A stretch of DNA of 64,000 nucleotides from Lingula anatina (Eukaryota; Animalia; Brachiopoda), in assembly GCA_051362555.1 (NCBI GenBank), contig CM120640.1, forward strand, positions 24,600,225-24,664,224. Reading direction: 5' to 3'. Every line of letters starts with the position of its first letter. The stretch's first letter is position 1. Shown here piece by piece: positions 15,324 through 29,096 of this stretch. The position numbers and the translations under genes were made by a program. The notes beneath the pieces are model-generated. The model was not told where the DNA came from and did no database searches. It saw only the letters and a program-made list of their open reading frames with translations.

Positions 15324-17389
15324 CCAAGGATGACCTTTTTTGAAAATGAACACTGCCATAACTTAATAAATAATGTTTATATATATATATATGAAAAATA
15401 ATGAATGAAATTTCTCTGGTGACTAAATACTTTTTGTATAAAATGATATAGAAGTTCTTTTTGAATGACAATATTATTGTACTGGTCAATGCTCAACTCA
15501 TGCAATGCTCTCTACTATCGTTAAGTGGTCACTGAACTGCCCAGTGTTGTGGGTTACTGCCATGGCCAGTCAGTATTGCTGCAGCTTTTAATCTGGGAAG
15601 TATACATATACCTCAACATCTCAGCAGTCCCCTAGTAATTATGGGTTTAAAGCCATTATATATTTTACATTTCCTTTTAGTACTCAAGTTATAGATAAAG
15701 GTCCAAGGCTTTATGTTAAGTATTATATATCTTGGTGTGTAGTTTGTACCAAGTACATGATACTTGTGCATGACTACTTTATTCACTTGTCACTGTTCTA
15801 ATCCAATGGATTCGTGTGAGTAATCAATGCATGTTATTAGATACAGTTATGTTTATCATTTTATTTGTGTATTTTCAGGTATGCATAAGCTACTTGTCAC
15901 GTGGTGACTGTTTTTGACATAATGGATTGCTTGTTTGAACAAGTGATGATTACTTAAATTGTATTTAATTAATCAATGCAATTATAATTTCTTAACTTCA
16001 TGGATTCTGGATTCAAACTTTACCCTAATGAAATACATGGGTAACCTTATGCTTCAAACAACCTTTACAGTACAGAAATGTCATTTCTACACCCTAAATG
16101 TGATGATTTCACACATTTCTATTGACCTCTTTAATGCATTTGTTAAACTGTTCACATCTTTGTTTTACGTTCACTTTGTTTTACATTCACATTTTGTTGA
16201 AGAAGTCACTATACACTAACTGATATAAAAGAAATCCCACCAAAACATAGCTGTAAAGAAACCCACAATTTTTTGGTATCAAGTGACATGGCTTTGCTCA
16301 GTTTCTATTTTCAGGTTATAACAAGTGATACAGCCCAAACACGCATTAAACTTTTTGTTATGTTTAGTCACATTTCCCTTTGGAATTTTTCACATGCATG
16401 TTCTCTGCAGATTTTGATGTGAAAATGGATTTGTATACATTACTTCGCAATGATAACCTTATATTGACAAAGGGGAAAAGATTGTGCCATTTCATTTTTT
16501 TTTCTTTTACTCACTGCATACAAAAATATTTTATTTGTTAATTTTTGAAGGTGGTGATTTTTAGAAAATCTTTTGTAATATTTTCTTGACACCTTGCATT
16601 AAATCCGTTAAATGATGCAATATTATGACACCAAATTATCAAAATAATGATTAGTTTTTACGATATCTTAAGAATAACTTTTATATAAAAGGCTTTAATA
16701 TCCATTTTTACTACAAATGTAATTGTGCTACTTAATAATAAAATTCTACACACAACTGTATATGTTACAGCAAAGGAAAGAAAAGCAAGTTTTTATATCA
16801 TCAAGTGTTTTATTACTGTAAGGATGTGATATTAAAAAGCTAGAACAAAAATAAATATTGCTTGCAATTGGTTGTGCATTGGAAGATATATGTGAATTTG
16901 TGTACTAAACGACCAATCTCTGCATCCACATAAATACAAAAAATATGAGACTTTCAATTAATCATAGTACATACTTATTTTTGAAACAGTTCTGAAAATT
17001 GTGTTAAAGAATTTTGGTGCACATGAATAATTAAGTTCAATAAATATGTCAAGGTCTCTACTATTACATATATGTTACTTGCAAATGAAATCCAGTTATC
17101 ATCAATGTAGCAATGACTACCATTATGAAAAATACTGTATCTGTTCTGTGTACAACATTGTGGAAATGTTGCTGTAATCTACAGGCACGACAAAAGTAAA
17201 GAACCTTTTGGACAATCATGTTTAACCACAATAAACTTTTTGATTACAAGTGAAATAGTTTGTCATCTATATAAAAGCTTCATAGAAAAAATATGTGCAA
17301 CGTTTTATCTTGCAACTTCATCGAAATTACTGGCCTCAGTTACGCTAAAAAAGGTACCAAAACTCCAGTCTACACTCTTCTTCTCATCT

Positions 17390-18994
17390 TCATGAATTTC
17401 CCAGATATTTTGTATGTCTTCCTTGTGCAATCAAGCTTCCATCCTTTTTAAGTTTTAAGTCAACATTAAGAAAAGCCAATGTTTTTCCAACTTTAAGTGT
17501 GGAAGCATCTATTATCACATCATCCCCTATCTTTGCTGACTTCATGAATCTGAAAGGAAATATTAGCTGTGAGAACATTTTTTATCAAAAGTGAACATTC
17601 TACATAAATAAGTTGATCACAATTTCTATAAGAGAATGAGAAAATATGGAGGGCAATTAAGGTTAAAGCAGGAGTTAATATTGTACACATTTGCATTAAA
17701 GGCACATTATTTAATAATGGAAATTCACAAACACAAGGGTTGCCACTATATGTTCAGTTCATTCCTAAGAAAATCCAGGAGTACATCAACCAGGTATTGA
17801 CCCATATTTATATTAGACTTACGTGACATTCATGTCCACACTCACTCCGGGTAATCCTGGACCTGTGGTCATTAAGGCCACCGTGGATACACTGTCCACT
17901 AACGTGGCAGTCATTCCACCATGAAGTGTACCACCTCTATTGGTGTGCTCCTCCTCCACTGTTAATTCACACTGGCACTTGCCATCACCACCAGATATAA
18001 GCCGCATCTGTAATTGATGAAGTTGTCAGAAATGTTGAGTAACATACTACAGTAGCTGTCTGTGTGTCAAAACTAATGATGTGACAGGAACGGAAGTTCT
18101 AGGAATGGAAGCCCGGGTTCGGTATGATTTGTACAGGTTAGGCTTAGTTGCGGTACTGGGGTTAGAATATGGGATGAATGTCACCTGTGCAAAGTAATGG
18201 GAAGCAGACTAAGCTTCCTAGTGGACTTCCATTCCTGTTACTCCAACCCTTCCAGGGCCTTTATTATCTGTGATCCCAACCTCAAAATAGTATCCAGTAA
18301 CAAAACATATTTACAGTATTTTACAGGCCAAGCTACAATTTAACTGGCATTTTGTGTGGCACCTGTGCTTATTTGCAGACTGACATGGAGACTGGACGTG
18401 ATTTTACAACTGGATTGTGCAATAAGTAACCAAAGACAAATACTAGTATTTTTGTATGTTTCTGACACATAAATGCCCATTTTTATAAGACTTCGCTGCT
18501 GCAACAATTAATCTAAAAGATCCATTGAAAGACTAAATTATCTCTAGCATATTGGCTCTGATGAACCCAAAATAAAAAGGAAAAGCATTGCAACATCTTG
18601 AACACATACTAGTACATTACCAAGTGCCAAAGGCGAAGATGCAAGCAGATGCATCTCATTATCATTACGAACTAACGTCCGACCTGTCCGTTATCAAAAA
18701 TATGAAAATCCATACAATATTTCCTCAGTGCAGAAACATGCCACTTTACGTCTTTAAAACGCTGTTTGCACTCCCCTAATAACAGAAATCAAATGCGAAG
18801 GAGGGGGTAGGTAGCTGGTGCATGAGGCATGCTCTAGCAAAAACATTTCCTTAATTATAACAGTTCATATACCTAATATGCAAGTTTACATCTCAAATTA
18901 TTAATCTCATCACCTTGCTCATTACTTGATCAAATCCTGATCCTTTAGTTAAAAGGTTTAGAACTTGCCGGAGCACCTGGTTGCTGCCTGCCAT
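17390..18994 (-). CDS. ACOT13: Acyl-CoA thioesterase 13 (THEM2, hotdog fold), 3 exons
   Basis: Exons 18994-18914 (MAGSNQVLRQ...GFDQVMSK), 18007-17823 (HTNRGGTLHGGMTATLVD...PGVSVDMNVT), 17549-17390 (...IAQGRHTKYLGNS*); GT-AG junctions keep the frame. Confidence 0.94.
18081..18241. mobile_element. MITE-like element, family A copy 1 (ACOT13 intron 1)
   Basis: Imperfect TIRs GTGACAGGAACGGAAGTTC / GGACTTCCATTCCTGTTAC; homologous throughout to 55771-55984. Confidence 0.75.
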
Positions 18995-20019
18995 CTTTCC
19001 AAGATAAGCCCAAAATATAAACCCCTGGCGGCAAAACTTAGAGTTGTTCATTTGAAAAGCTCATTTGAGATATATTAAAAAAAGTAAGAAAGGAAAACGT
19101 TACAGAAAAACATATATAGCACAAAATGAAATATGCATTGTTGTCCTTTGGTATTTCTCTTAACTTTAGCATTATTTACACTGCTTGAAACTATAGGGTG
19201 ACAATTAATTGGGTTTTGTGGCAAAAATTTGACTCCAAATGATTGATTTTTCAACCAATTTTCAAGTTTTTATCATTAGGTCTTGGCCTGGAGGTGTCAA
19301 CAAGGAGGATAATGGTTATGGAAATTAGATATATTACCACAGGAAAAGAATTGACTGTCACTTGTGTTCCATTGAAAGGACTCTCTTACTACCCATGCCT
19401 GCATGCCATACTTCACAATATAAACATGGCTGGAAAAAAATATCAGCATCACATGTGCATTTGTCTGAAAATGAGTCAATATTGATAGACGTACCATTCC
19501 TTCAATTTTTAAACGAAAAAAATATATGTAGGAAAAAAAGAAAAGTATATATACTGAATAGTTTATTTCATTTTATGAAAATGACAAAAATATAATTGTT
19601 CACGTAGAAGCAATATATATCCACATCCACTAACAAATAGACATAAAAACAACTTTTCTTGCACTTAATCTTTTGCATATTTTTTTTAATTGGCTTAAAT
19701 AAGTAAATAATAATATTACAATGTATAAAACCAAACATAAAAGGGCACAGTAAAATTTAGTCAATGCAGATTCCAGGATAAAAGAGGGAAGGGAGGGGGT
19801 CAATTTATCAACCCACCTTCTACTGGATCTGCCCATGCTATAGATAACTATCTATAAATTATTGAAAATTCATAAATCATCACTTCACCTACACAATAAC
19901 TTTGGGTGAAAAAAAATTTCAAATAGTTACATGATGGTCAAGGTCAATTATAATTTTACAATAAATGCATAATTTTTGGGTAAATGCGATTGGCAGACGC
20001 ACTTAAAGACAAATACTAA

Positions 20020-20233
20020 GGCTCTATTCACATAGATTTTAGATCGATCTATCCCCGCGAGAGTCTCACTAGATTACTTTCAGATAATCTGACTTAAATG
20101 TCCGTCCCGCCTACTACAAGCTATAAGGGGGTAATTAACTTTTGTGTCCGCCCAGCTGACAGCTATTTAGCGTGAACCCCCAGGGAATTAGGTCGATCTA
20201 AAGTAGGTCGATCTAATCTATGGAAATAGGGTG
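20020..20233. mobile_element. MITE-like element with TAA target-site duplication (PIF/Harbinger-Tourist-like)
   Basis: ~30-bp imperfect TIRs (CTATTCACATAGATTTTAGATCGATCTA / TAGGTCGATCTAATCTATGGAAATAG) flanked by TAA at 20017-20019 and 20234-20236. Confidence 0.65.
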
Positions 20234-21073
20234 TAATATAGTCAAGAAACATTAATTTTGCTCGACAAATGTTTGACAAACAAATTGAAAAAGAAACAGT
20301 CTCTCACAGATTAATGCTGGCAAAAATGTAAATATCTAAATACAGAGCAATATGATTTTGCAAAAAGTCAATCTTACAGTTGTAAAATTAATATAGTGCT
20401 TCAAAAAAAGGTTAAAACAAAATTGTTAATGGATTGTTCTTGCGACATGGTCACATTATCACAGACTCTGATTCCAGTTGAAATGATGATAAGTCTATAA
20501 TTTTTTATATAATTATATTTTTCAATATTGGTAATCTAAGATTAATGTTTTTATTTTCCAGGTGGACTTTTTTGACTTCTAGGACTAATGGCAGGAAATA
20601 AATATCCAGAACTAATTTTAATTTAAGAATGTTTAAGAGTATCCATTGTGAGATTTAAGAACAAAATTTTATTCCCTGCCCTCATCAAAAATTATATGTA
20701 ACTTATTGGTCATCCATCTAGTGAGTTTTAAAATTCCAAACATCTTACAGACAGAATGCATCAAGACCCAATATTTTCCTCTGTTGGTTTTAAACAAGTT
20801 AACTATTATATTTCTATATTTTGGGGGATTTTTTTTGAGCAGGGTTTACAATTTTTTTAACTGAAAAAGAAAGTTGAGAATGAAGCATGACCTTCAAGAG
20901 TACAGGGTATACTACTGATTTGAATCATTTTAGACCATAAAAACCCCTAATCTTTTTATTACAGGTAATCTTCTGTGTATTTTCATTGTATGTAGAAATG
21001 ACTCCATTTTCTTGCTATCTGATGGGGATCCAAGATGGAAGAAATACTTCTGTGTGGCCCTGCTAGTAATGCT

Positions 21074-22050
21074 TTAGTGTATGTAAGCTGGGGTTGAAAC
21101 TGTTGTTGCTTTTGTTGTAGATCCTATGTTTTCCGTGTGAGATGTAGCTGAAAAAAAAATGAATGATTCTTAATTAGACCTTTAAAATAACTTAAATTTA
21201 TGAAACTCAAACAAATAATGTTAAATAAATATTTGAGCAGTTATACAAACAGCACAACTCAAAATGAACTTTAAAATTCTTGTCTGTTAAGATATTATCT
21301 TATGAGAAATTATTTAAAATTGATTATGACTTGATCTCTAACAGTTTTGAAAATTATCTACCTTACTTATAACTTTCTTATTAGAAAAACCATGCAATTT
21401 TCCAGCATGCATAACATTTTAAAAACCAGTGCTTTATTTGATCATTTTTGTACGAAATATAACATTTTACATCAAAGAGACTCACCAACTAAAACAACAA
21501 CCACAATGACAATAATAAGCACCACAACCACAGCAGTTATAATAAGAGCCATGCACATTCTGGCATTCTTCAAACAATATTTTCTTTTTGTTTTGGCTGC
21601 AGTAGTCTTAAAGTTAGCTGTTTCATCATGCAAATGCTCTGTACAAGCAAAAATAAAATAGCAAACTGTAAATGCATGTCAGTGAAATGTTAGAAATATT
21701 TGTTTATAATACAAAAAAATAATAAAGTTTATGTCAGAGAACAATGCAGCCATGTTGTATTTTAAATAAGACATTAAGGATGCAGAAGCCAAAAAAAACA
21801 TTACTCAAAATACAGTAGTGTTAATTCACACTAATCAGCAATTAAAACAGCCAAACAATAAAATCTATTGAATAAATGAATGTATTCTCACCACATTAAT
21901 AATCAATCATAAACCAGTACCTGTTCTTTCCTCTAAAGCATCTAACTTTTCCCCTCGAACTAAAACTTTGTTAATGTTGTCTTGCAGGAGGTGTGTAACT
22001 TCATTTACGTCTTTCTGTAACCTTCCCAACTTATCCGGTTTATCTGCCAT
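21074..22050 (-). CDS. Synaptobrevin/VAMP family R-SNARE, VAMP8-like, ~118 aa, 3 coding exons
   Basis: Absent from the ORF track; assembled by hand: 22050-21921 (MADKPDKLGRLQKDVNEVTHLLQDNINKVLVRGEKLDALEERT), 21638-21486 (EHLHDETANFKTTAAKTKRKYCLKNARMCMALIITAVVVVLIIVIVVVVLV), 21147-21074 (ATSHTENIGSTTKATTVSTPAYIH*). Zero-layer R, SNARE coil and TM helix are present. An additional upstream coding exon cannot be excluded. Confidence 0.88.
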
Positions 22051-22062
22051 GGCATCAGGATT

Positions 22063-22861
22063 CTGGAACAAACATGATCAAATATCTTAAGAACACGCCA
22101 ACTCCCCGGGGAAAAGGGTATTTACAGTTTCACACTTATCTTGGTGAATTACATACATGTAGAAGTAGAGAACAAACTTAACAACATGATTTTGAACTTG
22201 GGACTCGACGTCACTGTAATATAATACGATAAATCATTAATGCCTGTCTCCCACTGGGTTAAAACATAATTAAACAACAAACATGCCCCATCTTATCTAT
22301 TTCTACACGCTCAAATTTTACACTTTTCCTATCTAATACTTGGACTAAGGTAATAAAACTATAATATACTTTTGTGGAGCTTGCACCGACTGCTACAGAA
22401 AGTCAACATCAAAAAGCGTCAAAGTCGTAATGGCAAGAGTGACATTTCCTAATTATCTTATTTGTATAGGTTAGTGACACAAGCGTGATATTTGTTATTA
22501 CAGGTAATATCAGTGGCACGTTCTTTGTGTTTCAAATTATTCATAATGTAATCATATTAATTTTACGACATACCGCATAGCGTATCGGTAGTTGCGCAAA
22601 AACTACAATATTGGCGCGACCGGCTGAGGAGATCCACGTGAAGAAGGAAGACGTTTTTTCGCGTGGATGTCTGAGTGGCATTTGCCTTTTATAGTACTAA
22701 AATGGATGTCAACAAATTAGTCGATGTTTTGAGGGCTACACTAGACCCTACTCAACGTGAACAAGCCGAACAACAGCTCAATGAGGTGAGTGGATGCTAG
22801 ACACGTTTTCAAGATGGCTGACATAATTTTTGATATCCAATTTCTCTGAACAAACCACGTG
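22063..22861. promoter_or_regulatory. Putative bidirectional promoter of the VAMP-like gene and IPO7
   Basis: Divergent ATGs ~650 bp apart in a CpG-rich patch; CRE-like CGACGTCA 22206-22213, TTGCGCAA 22592-22599, E2F-like TTGGCGCG 22611-22618, E-boxes CACGTG 22635-22640 and 22856-22861, YY1-like CAAGATGGC 22810-22818. Confidence 0.6.
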
Positions 22862-25800
22862 CATTGTTGCCAGCAAACCATGACATTCTGTTGGTGATTC
22901 ACACAAATCTCAAGTAACACAAGTTCAGTTGGATATATCTACCCTAACGTTGCTATGATAGGAACAGGTATAATAGCTCTCTTTTTAAAACCCATGTGGG
23001 ACTCTTCAGACGATATGCGTAAATTTTTGTATTGATATACATTTTACATCTTGTCTGTGTCTAAGATTGTGTGCCGTAAAGCCAAACTAACAGTTTGAAT
23101 GAACTTTTCACATTCAATATATACCAGTAGTTCTGGCTATGTTGCTAATTATAGGTAAGTGAAGGACAGGTGTGGATGAGTCACTCTTCTCTGCCAGTGT
23201 TATAGTGGATTCTGTTAGTGTTACACCTGGGATAATTCTCCTTCATATAAATTACTGACTGTATCTACACATGTATATCACACAACTGTAGTAAATTGTA
23301 ATGACATAATTAATAGGGAGTGCTGACATGTTGCATAATGAAAGGGAATATGGAAGAAAGTGCACATTTCTATTGATATTTCTAGTTGTGGAACAACACA
23401 TATCTTATTCCTAGAAAGACAAGTCAGAAGTTGAATTTTATGTCCCAAAGGATTGGTTAAGATGTCTTAATATTGTTTTATTGAGTTTTAGCATTTACCC
23501 ATTAAAATATTGATTTTGAAAGCAACTTATATTGTGTAAATGCAGTATCTCTGCCATAGAAATAATAATTTTTTCTTTCATAGGTCCACAAGATCATTGG
23601 CTTTGCACCGATCTTGCTTCAAGTGGTCATGAGTGACCAGTTAGATATGCCTGTTAAACAAGCAGGTAAACTTATTCTGAAAAAGTTTATTTTATGCATT
23701 CAAAAGCCTTAAGAATGATTTGTAGATTTAATGTTTATTTTTGAATGAGTATTATTTCTCTGAAAGTCATTGTGTTTATCAGATTTTTTTACTGATTTGT
23801 TATCATTTTAGATATGTTAAATTTAAAATGGGCTTGAAGAGATGGTTACTCCTTACTTTCCAGGTGCTATCTACTTAAAGAACATGATCATGCAGTTCTG
23901 GCATGAGAGAGAAGCAGAATTTCCAGGAGATCCAGTGCCTTTTAACATCCATGATAATGATAAACAACCAATTAGGGACAACATTGTGGAAGCTGTCATT
24001 CATGCTTCAGACCCAATTAGGTATAATTTTATGAAATATTGAATTCAATATTTTGGGTTCATAACTTGGATACAAGTAAACTGTGACCTTTTGAAGAAAT
24101 TTATTCTTATTTTGCTGTTTGTAATTTTTGGAAATGCACAGAAACTGTCATTTTATGTTTCATGCTTAATTTGATATAAACACTTTTAAATGGGCACTTG
24201 ATGATACTCACCTTTGATGATGGACTGTTTTTTAACTGAGAAGAGATTTCTGACTGTACTTTAATTTTCTTGGATGTTAATGACATATTTTATTTTACTC
24301 CAGGGTTCAGCTTGCCATATGTGTGAGCAATATCATAAAGCATGACTTTCCTGGGCGCTGGCCAAATGTTGCAGATAAAGTGGCCATGTATATCCAATCG
24401 GACAACCACCAAACTTGGATGGGAGCTTTGTTGTGTTTATATCAACTTATTAAAACATATGAGTAAGTTGAATGTCATTCAAAGATGATTTAATAGATTT
24501 CAGAAAAAAATATTGTTGACAAGTGAAACTGACCTCCAATTCTAGAATAACAGAGATAGAAAATGGGATTCTATTTTTGATTTTGATTTCTGTTGAACAT
24601 TTCAGGTACAAGAAGTCTGATGAGCGTGTCCCGTTGACCCAGGCAATGCATGTGTTGTTACCATTGATCTACCAAAGATGTCTGCAACTCCTACCTGATC
24701 AGTCTGAGCTCTCTGTGCTCATACAAAAGCAAATTCTGAAATGTTTTCATGCACTAATACAGGTATGGGATTTTTTTGTGAAGGTTTGGGTTTGTGCTGT
24801 ATACCAAAGTGGCATTTCCTTCCTTTCTTTGATAAATTGGTATTTCAGGGTTGTAATGAGTTAACTGAAAACATTATTCCACAGAAATACTGACCTATAG
24901 GTTTAGGAAACGTGGTTTTATAAAGTGCCTGAAATTACTGTATCTTTTTTTAGGAAAACAGCAGTACATTCTTTATGCCTTATATAAATTCTCATTTCTT
25001 ATTTTCAGTACTGCCTTCCTCTAGATCTTATCACAAAAGAAGCCTTCACACAGTGGATGGAGCTGTTTAGACAGATTGTCGAAAGGTCTGTCCCAGAGGT
25101 AAGAAATTGCAGTTAATTGCAAACATTTCTGGATGTCTGGGGATGGGATTTAATTACTATCAGATGAAATGTATTGTATATATCTGTATTATAGTGGTAG
25201 AGTTCTTGTGTGAAATGATGTAACTGCTTAATCCATTCTCTGAGTCATGCCCACTTCATCTCTGGCAGCACCTCTTGGTGTGGGTATTCTCAAGTCTGAA
25301 CTGGTCTGTAGTCAGGGTTTTCTTGGGTGCAGATTAAGAAGGATTGAGGATCACTGCCAGGGATGATAGTGAGCAGGGAGGCTCTCGCTCCTTGTATAAA
25401 GACGATTATTGGAATCTGATCACACTTGAAAAGAGTTTTAACAAAAGAAAGTTAGAAAAATAGGGGTCTGCTTACCAGAGGGGAATACTCACTTGAGCTG
25501 GCAATGGTGCTGTACATATTATTTGCATTGATGAAAATGTGGTATGTGAGATAATATCTATGTCAGTTTGTATGAGAGGAGGAGTTTGGATTTGTGATTC
25601 ACACATCATATGTTATTAGGCAACCCTGCAGATTGATGAGGAAGAAAGGCCAGAACTAGCTTGGTGGAAATGCAAGAAGTGGGCCTGTCATATCATCACC
25701 AGGTTGTTTGAAAGGTAAGTGTTATACTTCACCCCTGATGAATGGATGATCTTGAGTTAGAGATGATAGTGGTCACACAGTACATGTTTACATATAAGAA

Positions 25801-28800
25801 GGTTAATTAAATGTATGCAGTGCTCATCTTTGCTTATGGTCATCATTGATGTTTAATACTTATGTTGTATTTATGTAGGTATGGAAGCCCAGGAAATGTG
25901 CAGGCTGAATATAACAAGTTTGCAGAGTGGTATTTAAAGAGTTTCTCAGGTAGGGTTTACTGACATAACCTTGTCATGCACTTCTTATTCCTTTTTCTGT
26001 TGTGAAATGATGTAACAGCATTAGCGGTTTTCTGAGTCATTTCCTCTTTATCTCTGGCAGCCTCTCTGGATGCAAGTATTCCCTAGTCTGTCTTCCAAGT
26101 TTTTCATGTGTTCATGTTTGCAAGGAGCGGAGGTTGATTTATATGGTGATTTCTAAGTGGGAAGATTAGGAATTTTTCTCTCTGCAAATTTAGTTGCCAA
26201 TATAACCAATAATAACTTTTTACCAACGCATGCTTTAAGCCACATTTGGTTTTTGTCTAACCTTAAGTAAATATTTTTTATTTTTCTTCCAGCTGGTATT
26301 ATCCAGGTGGTGTTAAAAGTATTAGACCAATATAGACAGAAGCAGTATGTTTCACCAAGGGTCCTGCTGCATTGCCTCAACTACCTTGATCAAGGGTAAG
26401 TGTTTTGTGTATCTTTTTAAATAGTTGTGTATAGTTTTCTTAAGATTTGGGTTGTAAAGCAATTTTTAATTAAACTCGGTTTAAATTGAATTGCAAAGTT
26501 ACTCTATCATTTAATGCTTTTTTGCAGAGTCAGCCATGCATTTTCTTGGAAGTTCATGAAACCACATATGCAGGTAAGTTGGGAAGGTTGGCAACTGTGT
26601 GAATTTTATAATCTGGTTGTTTTAAATAATGACTATATTCAGTATGTTTGAACACTGTCCTTCATTTGATCCAAAGAAAACATTTATTTTCCTCTATTCC
26701 CAAATGTGTTGCTATTTTAGACGTTAGTGAGAGAGGTATTGTTCCCTCTACTATGCCATAGTGATGAAGATGAAGAATTGTGGACAACAGATCCTCATGA
26801 ATACATCAGAACCAAATATGGTAGGATATCTTTTGAAAACCTTGTTTTCTGGCTGTGTGAAATGATGTAACTGCTTAATCCATTCTCTGAGTCATGCCCA
26901 CTTCATCTCTGGCAGCACCTCTCGGTGTGGGTATTCTCAAGTCTGAACTGGTCTGTAGTCAGGGTTTTCTTGGGTGCAGATTAGGAAGGATTGAGGGTCA
27001 CTGCCAGGGACAATAGTGAGCGGGGAGGCTCTTGCTCCTTGTATAAAGACGATTATTGGAATCTGATCACACTGCTTTTTGTTGGAGGACGAGAAATTGA
27101 ATACGGTCTGATTGTAGGTATTTGAGTATTTTGAGAAGCTACTTATTTTAAGGTTTCTCAGATATTCATTTTCAACTTGCACAGAGTGATTCCAAGTTTC
27201 TTCTCAGAGTATTTATCTAAAATTAAGACATTTTCTGAATATCAAAGCAAATTTATATGTTCTGTTTGTATTTCTAGATGTGTTTGAAGAGTTCCTATCC
27301 CCTAGCACTGCAGCTCAGACACTTCTACACTCTGCTGCAAGCAAGAGAAAAGAGATCCTGCAGAAGACGATGGGCTTTTGTATGCAGATGCTTTCCACTG
27401 GCACTGAGCCAAGACAGAAAGACGGAGTTTTGCACATTATTGGAGCACTAGCAGATGTTCTATTAAAAGTGAGTTTTAAAGATTTCATCACAAGTTAGTT
27501 TGACAATTTATGGTACTAAGACATATACTTACTTGGCATTTTATACCGTTTTCTATTTTGCTAAGAAAATGATTATTTAACAAAGTATTTTTTGTTTCAG
27601 AAAAAAATCTACAAAGACCAGGTTGAGCTGATGCTGGCCAACCATGTCTTCCCGGAATTTGAGAGCCCATGCGGGTTTTTGCGAGCACGGGTAAGAAAAT
27701 TGGTCATTTAAGAAGTCCAGCAGGCACATGTTTGTACTATGTCTCAAGTTTCTAGTTCAGTGCATTAACCCTCCATTCAAATCCTTTCCTTGCACAATTC
27801 CATTAAGGTACAGAGTTTGTGACATAATTCAGTACTTTTGTTTCTGTAGGCATGCTGGGTTTTGCACTACTTTTGTGAAGTGAAGTTCAAGGATGATGCA
27901 AACCTTGCTAGAGGCCTTGATTTATGTCGAACCTGCCTGTGCACAGACAAAGAGCTGCCTGTGAGAGTAGAGGCTGCCATTGCTCTCCAGATGCTGATCA
28001 CCAACCAAGAAAAGGCAGAAGACATGGTGAAGCCACATGTGAAACCCATTATTTTAGGTACAGCTTAAAAACTTAAGTGTGACTCAGAATTGTTTTTTAG
28101 TATTAGTCTTATAGTTTTCCTGCCTATTTGCAAAGACTTTTTCGATCTTTCCATACTTGTACCTAATTATTTTTCTTGTTTATTTTTAGAATTACTGAAT
28201 GTGATACGAGAAACAGAGAATGATGATATGACTAGTGTTATGCAGAAAATGGTTTGCACATTTGTTGAAGAGGTGGCTCCTCTGGCAGTTGAGGTCACTA
28301 CACACTTGGTAGGTGTTTGAATGGAGGGGAAGGAGATTTGTTTTTCATCTCTTTCCATTTAGGTGTTTTGCGACAAACTTGACCAGGTGGAATTAAAACT
28401 CCAAAATGGATCTTCATAGTTTCTTTTATGGCCCACACAGCATGGTAAATTTTCACAATATTTCTGCATAGTTGTATAGTATAGATAATTTCTGATGGCG
28501 AGGTGGTTAAACCACTTAAAATGGTTTGAAAGTAAAGCAAAGACTGATTTTTTTTTCAGGCTCAAACTTTCCAGCAAGTTGTTGACTCAGACTCAGATGA
28601 GGGCTCAGATGAGAAGGCTATTGCTGCCATGGGCATTCTCAACACTCTGGAAACCATTCTTAATGTGATGGAAGAGCAAAAAGAAGTAAGTACCTAGCTT
28701 CTTTTTTTTTTTTTTTCCAACCTATAATAATCAATTGAATTCATCATCTTTGCTATCAGAAGCTTAAGAATACAAGTGGTGTGTATTTAGGTTTACATTA

Positions 28801-29054
28801 CCTTTGATTGGTTTAATTTGATTTTTTACTTTTTTCCAGATTTTAAATCAGCTGGAGGGAATTGTTTTAAATGTAATAGGATTAATATTCCAGCAAAATA
28901 TGATTGGTGAGTACACAAAAATAAATTGCCACACATTTGTTTTAAAGATGTCTTTTCGTGATAATGTGGGAGTTTGTTACAATTTTAAAAATTGCACTTT
29001 CAAATTATTACTTTTTTATGGATTAGGATGAGAGCAAAAATACATTTCTTAGTT

Positions 29055-29096
<42 letters not shown>

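Noticed and set aside
19764-19836. GCAGATTCCAG...CTGGATCTGCCCATG inverted pair; related CTGGATCCGTCATTG near 54700
   Set aside because: Probably decayed transposon termini, but too short and degenerate to delimit or classify.
25208-27072. CRISPR-like or transposon interpretation of the IPO7 intronic repeats
   Set aside because: Eukaryotic context, one copy per intron, C/D boxes and rRNA complementarity fit snoRNAs; no spacers, cas genes or TSDs.
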